NCBI GenBank assembly: GCA_964439265.1
Contig: CAYTOA010000002.1
Span: 46,589 to 110,588 of the forward strand
DNA length: 64,000 nucleotides
Direction of reading: 5' to 3'
Origin: an uncultured Chitinophagaceae bacterium
Lineage (GTDB): Bacteria > Bacteroidota > Ignavibacteria > UBA10030 > UBA8401
Of this stretch, positions 27,049 through 35,981 are shown piece after piece (within the stretch, counting starts at the first letter, position 1; each line of letters begins with the position of its first letter). The translations under genes and the position numbers were made by a program. The notes under the pieces were generated by a model that made no database searches, had not been told where the DNA came from, and saw nothing but the letters and a program-made list of their open reading frames with translations.

Positions 27049-29682
27049 TCAGGCCGGATCCTTACGAGGGAAAATATCCGGGTAGAGATTGTTTGCACAA
27101 TCGGGACAAAGCCCATGGGAGAATTTGGCTTCGGAGTGACTTTGGATATATCCTTCCAAAAGATCCCAGTATCCCCTGTCATTCCGGATTTTCTTACAGC
27201 TTGAGCAGATCGGAATTAATCCGCCGAGAACTTTAATACTCGTCAGGGCTTCCTGGACCTTCAGTTCTAACTCCCTTTTTCTTTTGATGAGTTGCCACAT
27301 TCGAAGCAGATAGAAACCGATTGCGCATCCGACGAATAGAAGCAGGACCAGAGTGTAAAACCAGTATGTCTGATAGAAATGAGGCTCGAGAATAAACGCA
27401 AAGGCTGCCCCGGTTTCATTCCATACGCCGTCATTGTTGCAGGCCATTACACGAAATCGATACTTACCAGGCGGAAGGTTTGTATAATATGCCACGCGGC
27501 GCGTTCCTGCATCAACAAACTCGCGGTCAAATCCTTCCAGCATGTACTTGAATCGGACCCTCTCAGGTACCAGGTAGCTCAATGCAGCATACTGAAATTC
27601 CAGTTTCTCGGTCCCGGGTGAGAGCGAGCAAGAATCTCCGGGAGCGATAACTTGGAGGTCCGCAATCACATGCTTAATAAACGTCGGCGGAATGAGTCCA
27701 TTTCTATTGAGTGATTTCGGATCGATCACCACGGCTCCCTTCCTAGTTGCAAACCAGAGCCGTCCGTCGTGAGTTCTGCAGGCAGCCGGCTGCCACGAAG
27801 GAATACACTCTTCCGTTTTCATTCCGTCAGCCTCGTCAAAAACCTGGGTATGGATGCCGCTGCTTCGGCCTGTTTCGAAATCATCGAGTTCCTGGCGCGA
27901 CACATGTCCGATTCCCCGTGGACTGCTCAGCCAGAGATCTCCTGCATCGTCTTCTAAGACGCAATAGATTTCATCATTGAACAATCCGACTTTTGTGTTG
28001 TACTTGGTAAACTTTCCCTCATGGAATCGGGTCACTCCTCCGCGAGGTGAGGCAATCCATAAGCTCCCTCGTCCGTCGTCAAGAATGGAGTTAACCCAAG
28101 AATCGGCCAATCCGTCAGCCGGGCCAAAGGTCTTCACCTCCCCGTCTCGGACTCTAAGCAGTCCATTCGATGTCCCGATCCACAGTGTGCCGCTTGCATC
28201 GAGAAAGAAACAGCTGACGTAATCAACCGGCACAAATGGCACACCTTTTTTCAATTCGTACGGCATTAGTTTTCCATCTTTGAATCTTCTTATGCCTACA
28301 TAGTTGATATATAGAAGAATACTTTCCGTATCCTCGCCGATCGCCGTAATCCAACGCATCGGCATCCCGGCGCTCGTATCATACTGTTTAAGTCGTCCGT
28401 CTTTCACTACTGACAAAAATCCGGTTTGCGCGACCCATAATCTCCCATCATGCGAAACAAATGCGGGTCCTACCGGAGTCTTTATCTCGGACAGCTTGCC
28501 GTTCTTCATTCGAGTGATGCTGAACGTCTCGTCACTGAGAAGATACAAACTTCCGTCTGGTGTCTCTGCGACGCTTGAAATGTAGTTGCTGACAAGGCCC
28601 TCTTTCGTAGAATACGGCGTTACGTTGACATCCTTAAACCTGTTCAGGCCGTCAACCGTGGCCACCCACAGGCTTCCCTCACGATCTTCGACAATCGACA
28701 TGACGTAATTATTGCTTAACCCGTCAGTCTCTGTGAATGATGTCCATTTTCCCGCGCTGTATCTGTTCAGCCCGCCTTTACGAGTGCCGACCCAAATATT
28801 TCCGTCCCGGTCTTCGAAGATGACAGTGACCTGTTCATTTGAAAGTCCGTCAGCAGTCGTAAAGGCTTTCATCAATCCATCGCTCCAGCGAACCAGTCCT
28901 TGGTATCCGCCAATCCAAATATCTCCAGCTTTGTCGGCACAAAGGGCGGTGACGTATTGACGGCGTCCATGGATTGTGACCTGCATGGACTGCGTTACCG
29001 AGTCTCCTTGCAGGATGCGTACTCCGTCTGGTGTGCCTACCCAAACTCTTCCTTCCGAATCCTCGGTAATCCCGGTTACATAGGGTGGAGCAACTGGGAC
29101 ATCCAGAAATCTGTCACCGTCCAACCTGTAGAGCCCGTACGAGGTTCCCGCCCAAATATGTTTTGACGAGCTCTGATGGAGTGCATTCACATTCCTGCTC
29201 TTGATGCCTTCGGATTCGCCATAACGGTAGATCTTTCCATTTTGTAATCGACAAAGTTGATTAGCAAAAGTACCAACCCATAGACTGCCATCGCCGGATT
29301 CGCACAATGATGAAATGGCTTCGCGGTTGACATTGTCGCCTGTAATCGTGCTCACAGACTCAAACGTCTCTCCATCAAAGCGAAACAGGCCGGCGGTCAT
29401 TCCAAACCAAAGGTAGCCGTCTGAAGTCTGCAGGCATGCGTTGACGGCGCTGCCCGGCAGGCCGTTTTGCTTGAGCCATTTGTCGTGCACATACTGATCG
29501 ATGGTCTTTTTCGGATCTAATGCATAGAGGTGTGAGATCGGGAATATGAGCGCGATGACAACAAGTGCCGAGAGGAGAGTCCTGTAACTAAAGCGCTTCG
29601 CGTCATTGCCGTGTTTCACGACGTGTATCGCTTCGCGTCTTCGTCTATTGTGTTCTGAGTCCATAAGAGTGTCCAAGGTCAC
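27049..29682 (-). CDS. Periplasmic two-component-regulator propeller (Reg_prop repeats) + Y_Y_Y domain sensor; one TM, coiled coil and a Cys/His-rich C-terminal module; no kinase or cyclase domain
   Basis: Repeated 'D..G.lWvGT..GL.r' blades. Y_Y_Y region FKYMLEGFDREFVDAGTRRVAYYTNLPPGKYRFRV. TM helix YWFYTLVLLLFVGCAIGFYLL. It ends IPICSSCKKIRNDRGYWDLLEGYIQSHSEAKFSHGLCPDC. The start could be the GTG at 29682 or the ATG at 29664. Confidence 0.85.
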   Translation of the reverse strand: MTLDTLMDSEHNRRRREAIHVVKHGNDAKRFSYRTLLSALVVIALIFPISHLYALDPKKTIDQYVHDKWLKQNGLPGSAVNACLQTSDGYLWFGMTAGLFRFDGETFESVSTITGDNVNREAISSLCESGDGSLWVGTFANQLCRLQNGKIYRYGESEGIKSRNVNALHQSSSKHIWAGTSYGLYRLDGDRFLDVPVAPPYVTGITEDSEGRVWVGTPDGVRILQGDSVTQSMQVTIHGRRQYVTALCADKAGDIWIGGYQGLVRWSDGLMKAFTTADGLSNEQVTVIFEDRDGNIWVGTRKGGLNRYSAGKWTSFTETDGLSNNYVMSIVEDREGSLWVATVDGLNRFKDVNVTPYSTKEGLVSNYISSVAETPDGSLYLLSDETFSITRMKNGKLSEIKTPVGPAFVSHDGRLWVAQTGFLSVVKDGRLKQYDTSAGMPMRWITAIGEDTESILLYINYVGIRRFKDGKLMPYELKKGVPFVPVDYVSCFFLDASGTLWIGTSNGLLRVRDGEVKTFGPADGLADSWVNSILDDGRGSLWIASPRGGVTRFHEGKFTKYNTKVGLFNDEIYCVLEDDAGDLWLSSPRGIGHVSRQELDDFETGRSSGIHTQVFDEADGMKTEECIPSWQPAACRTHDGRLWFATRKGAVVIDPKSLNRNGLIPPTFIKHVIADLQVIAPGDSCSLSPGTEKLEFQYAALSYLVPERVRFKYMLEGFDREFVDAGTRRVAYYTNLPPGKYRFRVMACNNDGVWNETGAAFAFILEPHFYQTYWFYTLVLLLFVGCAIGFYLLRMWQLIKRKRELELKVQEALTSIKVLGGLIPICSSCKKIRNDRGYWDLLEGYIQSHSEAKFSHGLCPDCANNLYPDIFPRKDPA

Positions 29683-30956
29683 AGCGCAAAAAAAGGGAGG
29701 TTGCTTCCGGAGCCGAACTAGTTGGAAGGCCCTCCCATATCATTATCGACAAAATTATCTTAAATCTTAAGATTAAAAGCTTCCGCCCATGTGTTGGTGG
29801 ACCGAGATGATGAGCATCTTCCGACGGAACGGCGATCACAATCCTCGAATCCCGACCTCGTTTTGACGGCGCTTTTCCCAATCTCAAGATGCAGAGTTAA
29901 CCTCTCCTCAATAAATAGCCAATAACCGTGCCAGCAAGTCAAGAGATTGTTCTCTTTTCTCACATAAAATCGTCGAATAAGGGTTCTCCCAGTGAGAGTA
30001 GATGTGCGGTATTGATGATATTCCCACTTTTCAGAATTCAGTGAATATTTCATTAGATCGCTCGCCTGGAAGGTTCTTTGTTCTTGATTGGCCCTCCGGC
30101 TGCACTACCAATCCTCTTTTAGATGTTTCTGGTCGTCGCAGCTGAGGCGCTGACTCCTGCATAAATCCATCGGCAGAGATCGAAGGGGACGTGGAATGAT
30201 AGTTGAGAGTTTTCGGTGCTCCGAGAAATTCAAAGCTTACCGTGAGATATTAACCACGGGTATTGTGCAAATATTGTCACCCATTCTATTCGCAAATTAA
30301 GGTAAGAAAGCCTCATCATCCGTCGTTATGACGATAAGGCGTTTCAGCCTGATCTTCTGCTCAACTTGATGAGGAGAACTGCGACGAGGTGCAACAACGA
30401 GTCAATCCGCGCTTACGGAGTGATTGCATTGTTGCAGGTCGAATTGGTTCTGAAACGTACCCAGTTCGAGTCCTTTGGGTCCAGATCGTCGAGGAAGAAG
30501 TGGAAACAAAAGCTGCGCGATCGCGAAAAAATGAACAGGAAGATAGGAAAAGAAAGCAATCTCTCACGAATCCCTTTATCCAGATGCCTGTGCGCGTGCC
30601 CGATTTCTTCGAGGGCTATTCATCAAGCGGAAATATTCGAAGAATGTTTTTATGGTGAGTGTCCCCGGATCTTTTGTATCCGTGAGGCTCAATTGAAAGT
30701 CGGTGCCGAAGAAAGCGTTAGGAGATTTGGCTTTTGAGTTGCAATCCCTTCCACAGTGTAGTATATTTACACCGGATTCTACGCGGAGATTCCTCATGAA
30801 TCAACTGATATGCTCGCACCTGTCCAAAGATCAGAAGCATATCGGTTGACCGCTGTTAATAGCAAGTGGTTACAGAAGCAATTACGTGTAGCCAAAATAG
30901 TGCAATCTTCATCTGTCTGTTTATTGCACGAGCGCTGAGAACATATTGATTTCCCC

Positions 30957-31029
30957 GCCCTTGTAGTTCAACAGGATAGAACGGGAGTTTCCTAAACTTC
31001 TAATCGCAGTTCGAGTCTGCGCGAGGGCA
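30957..31029 (+). tRNA. tRNA-Arg (anticodon CCT), CCA not encoded
   Basis: Hand-folded cloverleaf. Acceptor GCCCTTG/CGAGGGC (one G-U pair). D arm GTTC-AACAGGATA-GAAC. Anticodon arm GGAGT-TTCCTAA-ACTTC. 4-nt variable loop. T arm CGCAG-TTCGAGT-CTGCG. Discriminator A. Confidence 0.85.
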
Positions 31030-31051
31030 CTGAGATAGAGTGAAAAGCTTA

Positions 31052-31080
31052 GTTGCGAAACTTCGCAACATGGTTTTCTC
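31052..31080 (+). terminator. Possible terminator after the tRNA
   Basis: Palindrome GTTGCGAA-ac-TTCGCAAC followed by atggTTTTcTcTc. The loop is very small, so this is tentative. Confidence 0.3.
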
Positions 31081-31130
31081 TCAGTTGTTTTGAGTATCTT
31101 ACCGCATCGACCAGGTTGCAGAACATTTCA

Positions 31131-32441
31131 ATGAGCAACGCCGCAAAAATATCAATTCTCGGAGTCGGCGTCTTCGCCGCGTTCTTCTTGTTCTTCGTGA
31201 AGTTCGGTTCTCCCGACAGTTCGACCGACTTCAACAAAGTACAGAAGGTGTATTTTGCCGACCACATTTCAGCGGCTCACCGCGCCGTCATCGAACGATT
31301 CAATCAGCAATACGCGGGACGAATCGAAGTAGTTCCTGTTGATCTTCCCTTCAGCAAGTTTAATACCAATGAGAGAAAAGAACTTCTCGCCCGTTCGCTG
31401 CGCAGCAAGAGCGACCGGCTGGATATCTTTTCCGTCGACTATATTTGGACACCTCGATTTGCAAAATGGAGCGAACCCCTCGACGGCTATTTTTCCGAGG
31501 CGGACAAATCGGCGATCATTTCTCCCGTACTTCAATCATGTATCAGCGAGGGAAAGCTTGTTGCGATGCCTCTCTTCATCGATATCGGGATGATGTATTA
31601 CCGTCGTGACTACCTGCAGCGGCTCCCCAATGCACGTGCAGTAGAGGAGGAGTTGGGGCAATCGATCACCTGGGATCGGCTAATAGCTATTCAGAAGCCG
31701 CTTGGGATGGAGAACAAGCCTTTTTATGTCTTTCAGGGGTACGACTACGAAGGATTGATCTGCAATTACTTTGAAATGATTGCTTCCATCGACAACGATT
31801 ATTTTCGGAACAACACTATTCGATTGACGACACCTGTTGCGCACAAAGCCCTTCAGACCCTCGTCGATTTTGTCTACAAATCGAAAATCAGTACTCCTGA
31901 TGTTTTGGAACTCGATGAAAATAAATGTTACGAATACATGATCAGTCACGACGCGATGTTCGTTCGGGGCTGGTCAAATTTCCTCGAGACCGCCCGCGCG
32001 CCGTACACCGACAGCGTACCCAATGGGCTCATCGGACGGGCGCCGTTACCTCATTTCAAAGGACAAAAACCGACCTCGGTGTATGGCGGCTGGAACCTGA
32101 TGATTTCCAAATATTCCACAAAAAAGGACGCGGCGATTGAATTTGTCCGCTATCTTCAAACGCCGGAGGCCAAAAAGATCATGTTTGAAATTGGCGACTA
32201 CATCCCCGTCAATAAGGATGTGTACAGCGACACTGCATACGTCCGTGCCCATCCGAAGCTTATCTTTTACCGACAGCTTATCGAGCATGGCTTTCATCGG
32301 CCGTCTCTTTTGGATTACACCAGGATCGCCGATATCATCGCTCACTACGTTCATCTTGCGTTGAAAAAAGAATTGACCGTTGACGAGGCACTTACCAAGG
32401 CATCGGCAGTCGTCAATTCAAACCAAGTACTTATCAAGTGA
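31131..32441 (+). CDS. Membrane-anchored extracellular solute-binding protein (ABC family-1 sugar-binding type) with no cognate transporter genes; likely a sensor partner
   Basis: N-terminal anchor ISILGVGVFAAFFLFFV. DIFSVDYIWTPRFAKWSEPL and GGWNLMISKYSKKKDAA are typical sugar-SBP motifs. I prefer the ATG at 31131 over the TTG at 31053. Confidence 0.8.
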   Translation: MSNAAKISILGVGVFAAFFLFFVKFGSPDSSTDFNKVQKVYFADHISAAHRAVIERFNQQYAGRIEVVPVDLPFSKFNTNERKELLARSLRSKSDRLDIFSVDYIWTPRFAKWSEPLDGYFSEADKSAIISPVLQSCISEGKLVAMPLFIDIGMMYYRRDYLQRLPNARAVEEELGQSITWDRLIAIQKPLGMENKPFYVFQGYDYEGLICNYFEMIASIDNDYFRNNTIRLTTPVAHKALQTLVDFVYKSKISTPDVLELDENKCYEYMISHDAMFVRGWSNFLETARAPYTDSVPNGLIGRAPLPHFKGQKPTSVYGGWNLMISKYSTKKDAAIEFVRYLQTPEAKKIMFEIGDYIPVNKDVYSDTAYVRAHPKLIFYRQLIEHGFHRPSLLDYTRIADIIAHYVHLALKKELTVDEALTKASAVVNSNQVLIK

Positions 32442-32456
32442 CTTTGACTCCGCAGC

Positions 32457-33956
32457 ATGAAGAATCCTCTTCGATCTCTATGGGAAAGCGCGCGTCAGTA
32501 TCGCTTTGAGATTCGGCATCTCACGGTGCTGTTTCTCGTCCTGATTGTATTCCAGATAGCGATCTCCTTCGTCCATAAGATTTCTCTCCAAAAGATCCTC
32601 ATGGGGACCCAGGAGTGGTACCAACAGGATTCTGCCGAACGGCTCGCGAATCTAACGGCTACGTCTCTTGAACTGCTGCTTGAAGCGAAAACGAAAGACA
32701 AGATTCTGGAAAAACCGGAGATAGAAAAAATTATCGGAAATCTCAACATCATCTTGAGCCAGCAATACCTGCATCAAAATGTCCAGGAGCTTTGTCTTCT
32801 TGTAGAGATGGATTCATCGATTGTGGCGATTGACGACGGACGCGTCCTGTATTCTTTTGTCTTTGACGAGGACAAGAAGCTCCCCCCGTCGTCGTGGAAT
32901 CACTCCGACGCCATTCGAATGTACGCCCGGATGCAAACGGCGTTCCGTGCGGAAGAACAAGTGCAGACCATCGTAGGGAAGGGGGAGACGTTTCACATCT
33001 TCGTCCCTTTTGTACCGCGCGGTGAATTCGTCGGTGCAATGTATATGAAGAATACGCCCGATTTTTCGATCATCACGAATGAGATGATATCAACGTATGA
33101 TCAAACCGCGATCACGTATACGGCGTTAATTTTCTTCGGCCTCCTTGCGATGTTTTTCATCTCGACCTATACGCTGCAGGAACGCAACAAGGCGCAGCAG
33201 TTGTTGTTCGACGAGCAAAAGCATCATCTCGCAGATCAGATCAGTACTCAGAACGAGCTGCTGTTTACGAAGCGCATTTACCATACCCACCATAAGGCCG
33301 AAAAAATAATGGGCTTTATCAAGGAAGACGTGCGATTGCTGAACGTGGGGAATATAGATTCAGTGAAGGTTCGAATTAACAGATATGCGAACTTTATTGC
33401 ACGCGTCATTTATGATATGAAGTGGTATGATCCTCCGGTGCAAACAATCCGCAGCCCAATTTTCGTGACTGATCTTAATAAGGTCTTGCGATTTCTCGTG
33501 GAGAACGTCTTCCAGAGGATTTCGACGATGAGCGACGTCATTTCCTTTTCGTTCGAACTGGATGAGAATCTTCCCATTGTCCATATTAACGAGTTCGTTG
33601 TCTGGGAAGTCTTTGAGCCGATCATACAGAACTGCATCGACCATGCAGAGAACAATAGGATCACCATCACGATCAGTACAAGCTATGACGCCGAGTCCCG
33701 GGTGTCGCGAGTCAGGATCATCGACAATGGGGCCGGCATCGCTCCGTGGCTGCTCGAAGTGAACGAAGAGGGGATAAAACCCATTTTTCTCGAGCACACT
33801 TCAACGAAAAGCACCGGAATAGACCGCCATGTGGGGTACGGTTGCTATATCGCCCGAGAGATCGCGCGCGCGCGATGCGGCTGGGATCTCGATGCGGAAA
33901 ATGTTCCCGGCGGCGGGTGCGTCTTCACTTTTACCATTCCTAATTCATTGTCATGA
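32457..33956 (+). CDS. Sensor histidine kinase with two TM helices, a ~190-aa periplasmic domain and an atypical His-rich DHp
   Basis: TM1 LTVLFLVLIVFQIAISFV and TM2 ALIFFGLLAMFFISTY. Putative phospho-acceptor region RIYHTHHKAEKIMGF. ATPase boxes EPIIQNCIDHA, IIDNGAGI and GYGCYIAREI. Confidence 0.8.
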   Translation: MKNPLRSLWESARQYRFEIRHLTVLFLVLIVFQIAISFVHKISLQKILMGTQEWYQQDSAERLANLTATSLELLLEAKTKDKILEKPEIEKIIGNLNIILSQQYLHQNVQELCLLVEMDSSIVAIDDGRVLYSFVFDEDKKLPPSSWNHSDAIRMYARMQTAFRAEEQVQTIVGKGETFHIFVPFVPRGEFVGAMYMKNTPDFSIITNEMISTYDQTAITYTALIFFGLLAMFFISTYTLQERNKAQQLLFDEQKHHLADQISTQNELLFTKRIYHTHHKAEKIMGFIKEDVRLLNVGNIDSVKVRINRYANFIARVIYDMKWYDPPVQTIRSPIFVTDLNKVLRFLVENVFQRISTMSDVISFSFELDENLPIVHINEFVVWEVFEPIIQNCIDHAENNRITITISTSYDAESRVSRVRIIDNGAGIAPWLLEVNEEGIKPIFLEHTSTKSTGIDRHVGYGCYIAREIARARCGWDLDAENVPGGGCVFTFTIPNSLS

Positions 33957-35416
33957 CCATACACTCGGAAAAAGAAATCAGCGTTCTTCTCATTGAGGAT
34001 GAAGAGTTCGATGTTCGGCGGATTCGAAATACGGTCAAGCCGCTCTCGCACATCATCAACATCCGGAAGGTCATATCGAACGGCCGTCTCGCCCTGGACG
34101 AGCTCAATGCTTCGAAGGAACTGTACGATGTTATCATCATGGACTTCCAGATCGCCGGGGGGTTAATGGGCGAGCAGCTCATCCGTGAGATCAAGAAGAT
34201 CGACCCTGCCTTTCAGATCATCGTCGTGACGAAGATGACAGTAAACCTTGCCGATTACGATTTTGCGAACAGTTTGATGCAAGCCGGGGCATACTGGTAC
34301 TGCACAAAATATCCGGGAGATATTGACGAATTCATCTATCAGCCCACGGATTTTTTGTTGTCGATCATCAACGCGTTCCAAAAAAGGGTTTTGGAGAAAG
34401 AACAGACTAAAACGAAAAAGAAACTCCTTCATACCGTCGAGGAGACCCTCTCGCAGAATATCATCATCGGGGTATCACCGCCCATCGTTCGACTGCGCCA
34501 GCAGATCGAAAAGTGCGCCGAGAGTGATGCCAATGTGATGATCTCCGGTCATTCGGGGACGGGGAAAGAACTTGTCGCAGTGAACATCCATCATCGGAGC
34601 AAGAGGCGCTTTGAGAATTTTGTGCCGATCAATTGCGGGAGTATCCCCAATGAGCTGATCGAAAGTGAACTGTTCGGATACGAAAAGGGCTCTTTTACCG
34701 GAGCCACGAATTCCAAGCTCGGACTATTTGAACTCGCCAATCATGGAACAGTTTTTCTCGACGAGATCACCGAACTTCCTTTGGCGGCGCAGGTGAAATT
34801 ACTGCGGATCATCCAGAACGGCGAAGTAGAAAAAATTGGCAGGAGGGAATCCCTTAAGGTCGATGTCCGGTTGATCGCCGCGACCAACAAGAACCTGGAA
34901 AAAGAGGTCGAAGAAAAACGGTTCAGGGAGGATCTCTATTACCGCCTCAACGTTGTCCCGATCGAAGTTCCTTCGCTTCTAGACAGGGGAGAAGATATTC
35001 CTCTGCTGGCAGATTTCTTCCTCCAACAATTTTGCAACGACATGGAACGTATGAAGCCGGTCGTCGACCCGGAGGCGATGGCAATTCTTCGCAACGCGTC
35101 ATGGAAAGGCAATGTCCGGGAGCTAAAGAACGTTGTTCACAGACTTCTCTTTCTTGAGCAGGCACACATCACTGTTGATGTTGTTCGGATGGCGATTGGA
35201 ACGCACCCTCAGTTGTTATCCATGTCGGGGAACGACATTTTGAAGGTATTAGGGCTCGCCGAAGGGACATCGCTCCGCGACCTCGAGTACGTCGTCCGCC
35301 GAAAATTCATCGAATTCGTCCGCTCCAATTCATCGTCCGATGCCGAGGCGGCAAGAAAACTCGGACTTGCCCCGCCAAACTATCATCGATTATGCAAGGA
35401 CCTTGGCATTAAATAG
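33953..35416 (+). CDS. Sigma-54-dependent response regulator (NtrC family: receiver, AAA+, Fis-type HTH)
   Basis: Walker A GHSGTGKE, sigma54-contact loop ESELFGYEKGSFTGA, Walker B TVFLDEI, and C-terminal HTH AEAARKLGLAPPNYHRLCKDLGI. Its start overlaps the kinase stop (ATGA). Confidence 0.9.
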   Translation: MTIHSEKEISVLLIEDEEFDVRRIRNTVKPLSHIINIRKVISNGRLALDELNASKELYDVIIMDFQIAGGLMGEQLIREIKKIDPAFQIIVVTKMTVNLADYDFANSLMQAGAYWYCTKYPGDIDEFIYQPTDFLLSIINAFQKRVLEKEQTKTKKKLLHTVEETLSQNIIIGVSPPIVRLRQQIEKCAESDANVMISGHSGTGKELVAVNIHHRSKRRFENFVPINCGSIPNELIESELFGYEKGSFTGATNSKLGLFELANHGTVFLDEITELPLAAQVKLLRIIQNGEVEKIGRRESLKVDVRLIAATNKNLEKEVEEKRFREDLYYRLNVVPIEVPSLLDRGEDIPLLADFFLQQFCNDMERMKPVVDPEAMAILRNASWKGNVRELKNVVHRLLFLEQAHITVDVVRMAIGTHPQLLSMSGNDILKVLGLAEGTSLRDLEYVVRRKFIEFVRSNSSSDAEAARKLGLAPPNYHRLCKDLGIK

Positions 35417-35578
35417 AGCTCATGCATGCCGGTCATGAGAATTGCCCGGCGAATCGGCCCCTGGCCGCCCCATCTTTTGCGTTATCATACTCATAAGGTC
35501 TTCATTATCAATCTAGTAACACATCCCAGCAAAAGCTTCAATTCTGTCCGATAAGTCATTGATTTTGCATAGGCAAAA

Positions 35579-35596
35579 CCGGCACAAAATGTGCAA
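35579..35596 (+). promoter_or_regulatory. Candidate sigma-54 (-24/-12) promoter
   Basis: ccGGCACaaaatgTGCAa, compared with the consensus TGGCAC-N5-TTGCA. The GG (35581-82) and GC (35593-94) are separated by exactly 10 nt. It lies downstream of the sigma54 activator gene and ~385 nt upstream of the TonB-receptor start. Confidence 0.35.
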
Positions 35597-35981
35597 CATG
35601 CCGGCTATGTAACCATGGATTGCATTTTCGCGAGTTCTAAGTTCTTTAGGGCTGTCAATGAAAAGTGACCGACACTTGCATGGGCGGTGGTGCCGCGAAA
35701 AGCTTCGAATTGCAACTCTTAAATTGGACCTGCAAGATTGAGTTCTCTCGACGACAGATTATTGGTTCATCAAAATCTCCGATTTAAGGTTGATTCGCAT
35801 TGTGATTCTCTTCCTAAACTTTGGACAATTCAATTTCAAAAAAAGGGTTTGGAGTTTCTTTCGCGCGAAAGGCGTCTATCCAGTGGTGCGCCTTTTTGTA
35901 GCCGGTAGGATCGCGGCATTATGAGTTCTGCTACACGGTACGTCGAGTGTTGAAATAAGAACGCCACAAAGGAGAAAATTT

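Noticed and set aside
29760-30053. 97-aa minus-strand ORF in the region lacking credible ORFs, considered as an integrase or transposase remnant near the tRNA
   Set aside because: It has no recombinase or transposase motifs (no R..H..R..Y pattern, no DDE). It overlaps another ORF of similar size, and its sequence composition is not protein-like.
30458-30484. tRNA-like T-arm sequence (cccaGTTCGAGTCc), considered as a second tRNA or an att-site duplicate of tRNA-Arg
   Set aside because: I could not fold an acceptor, D or anticodon arm around it. Identity to the real tRNA is limited to the generic 11-nt T-loop core.
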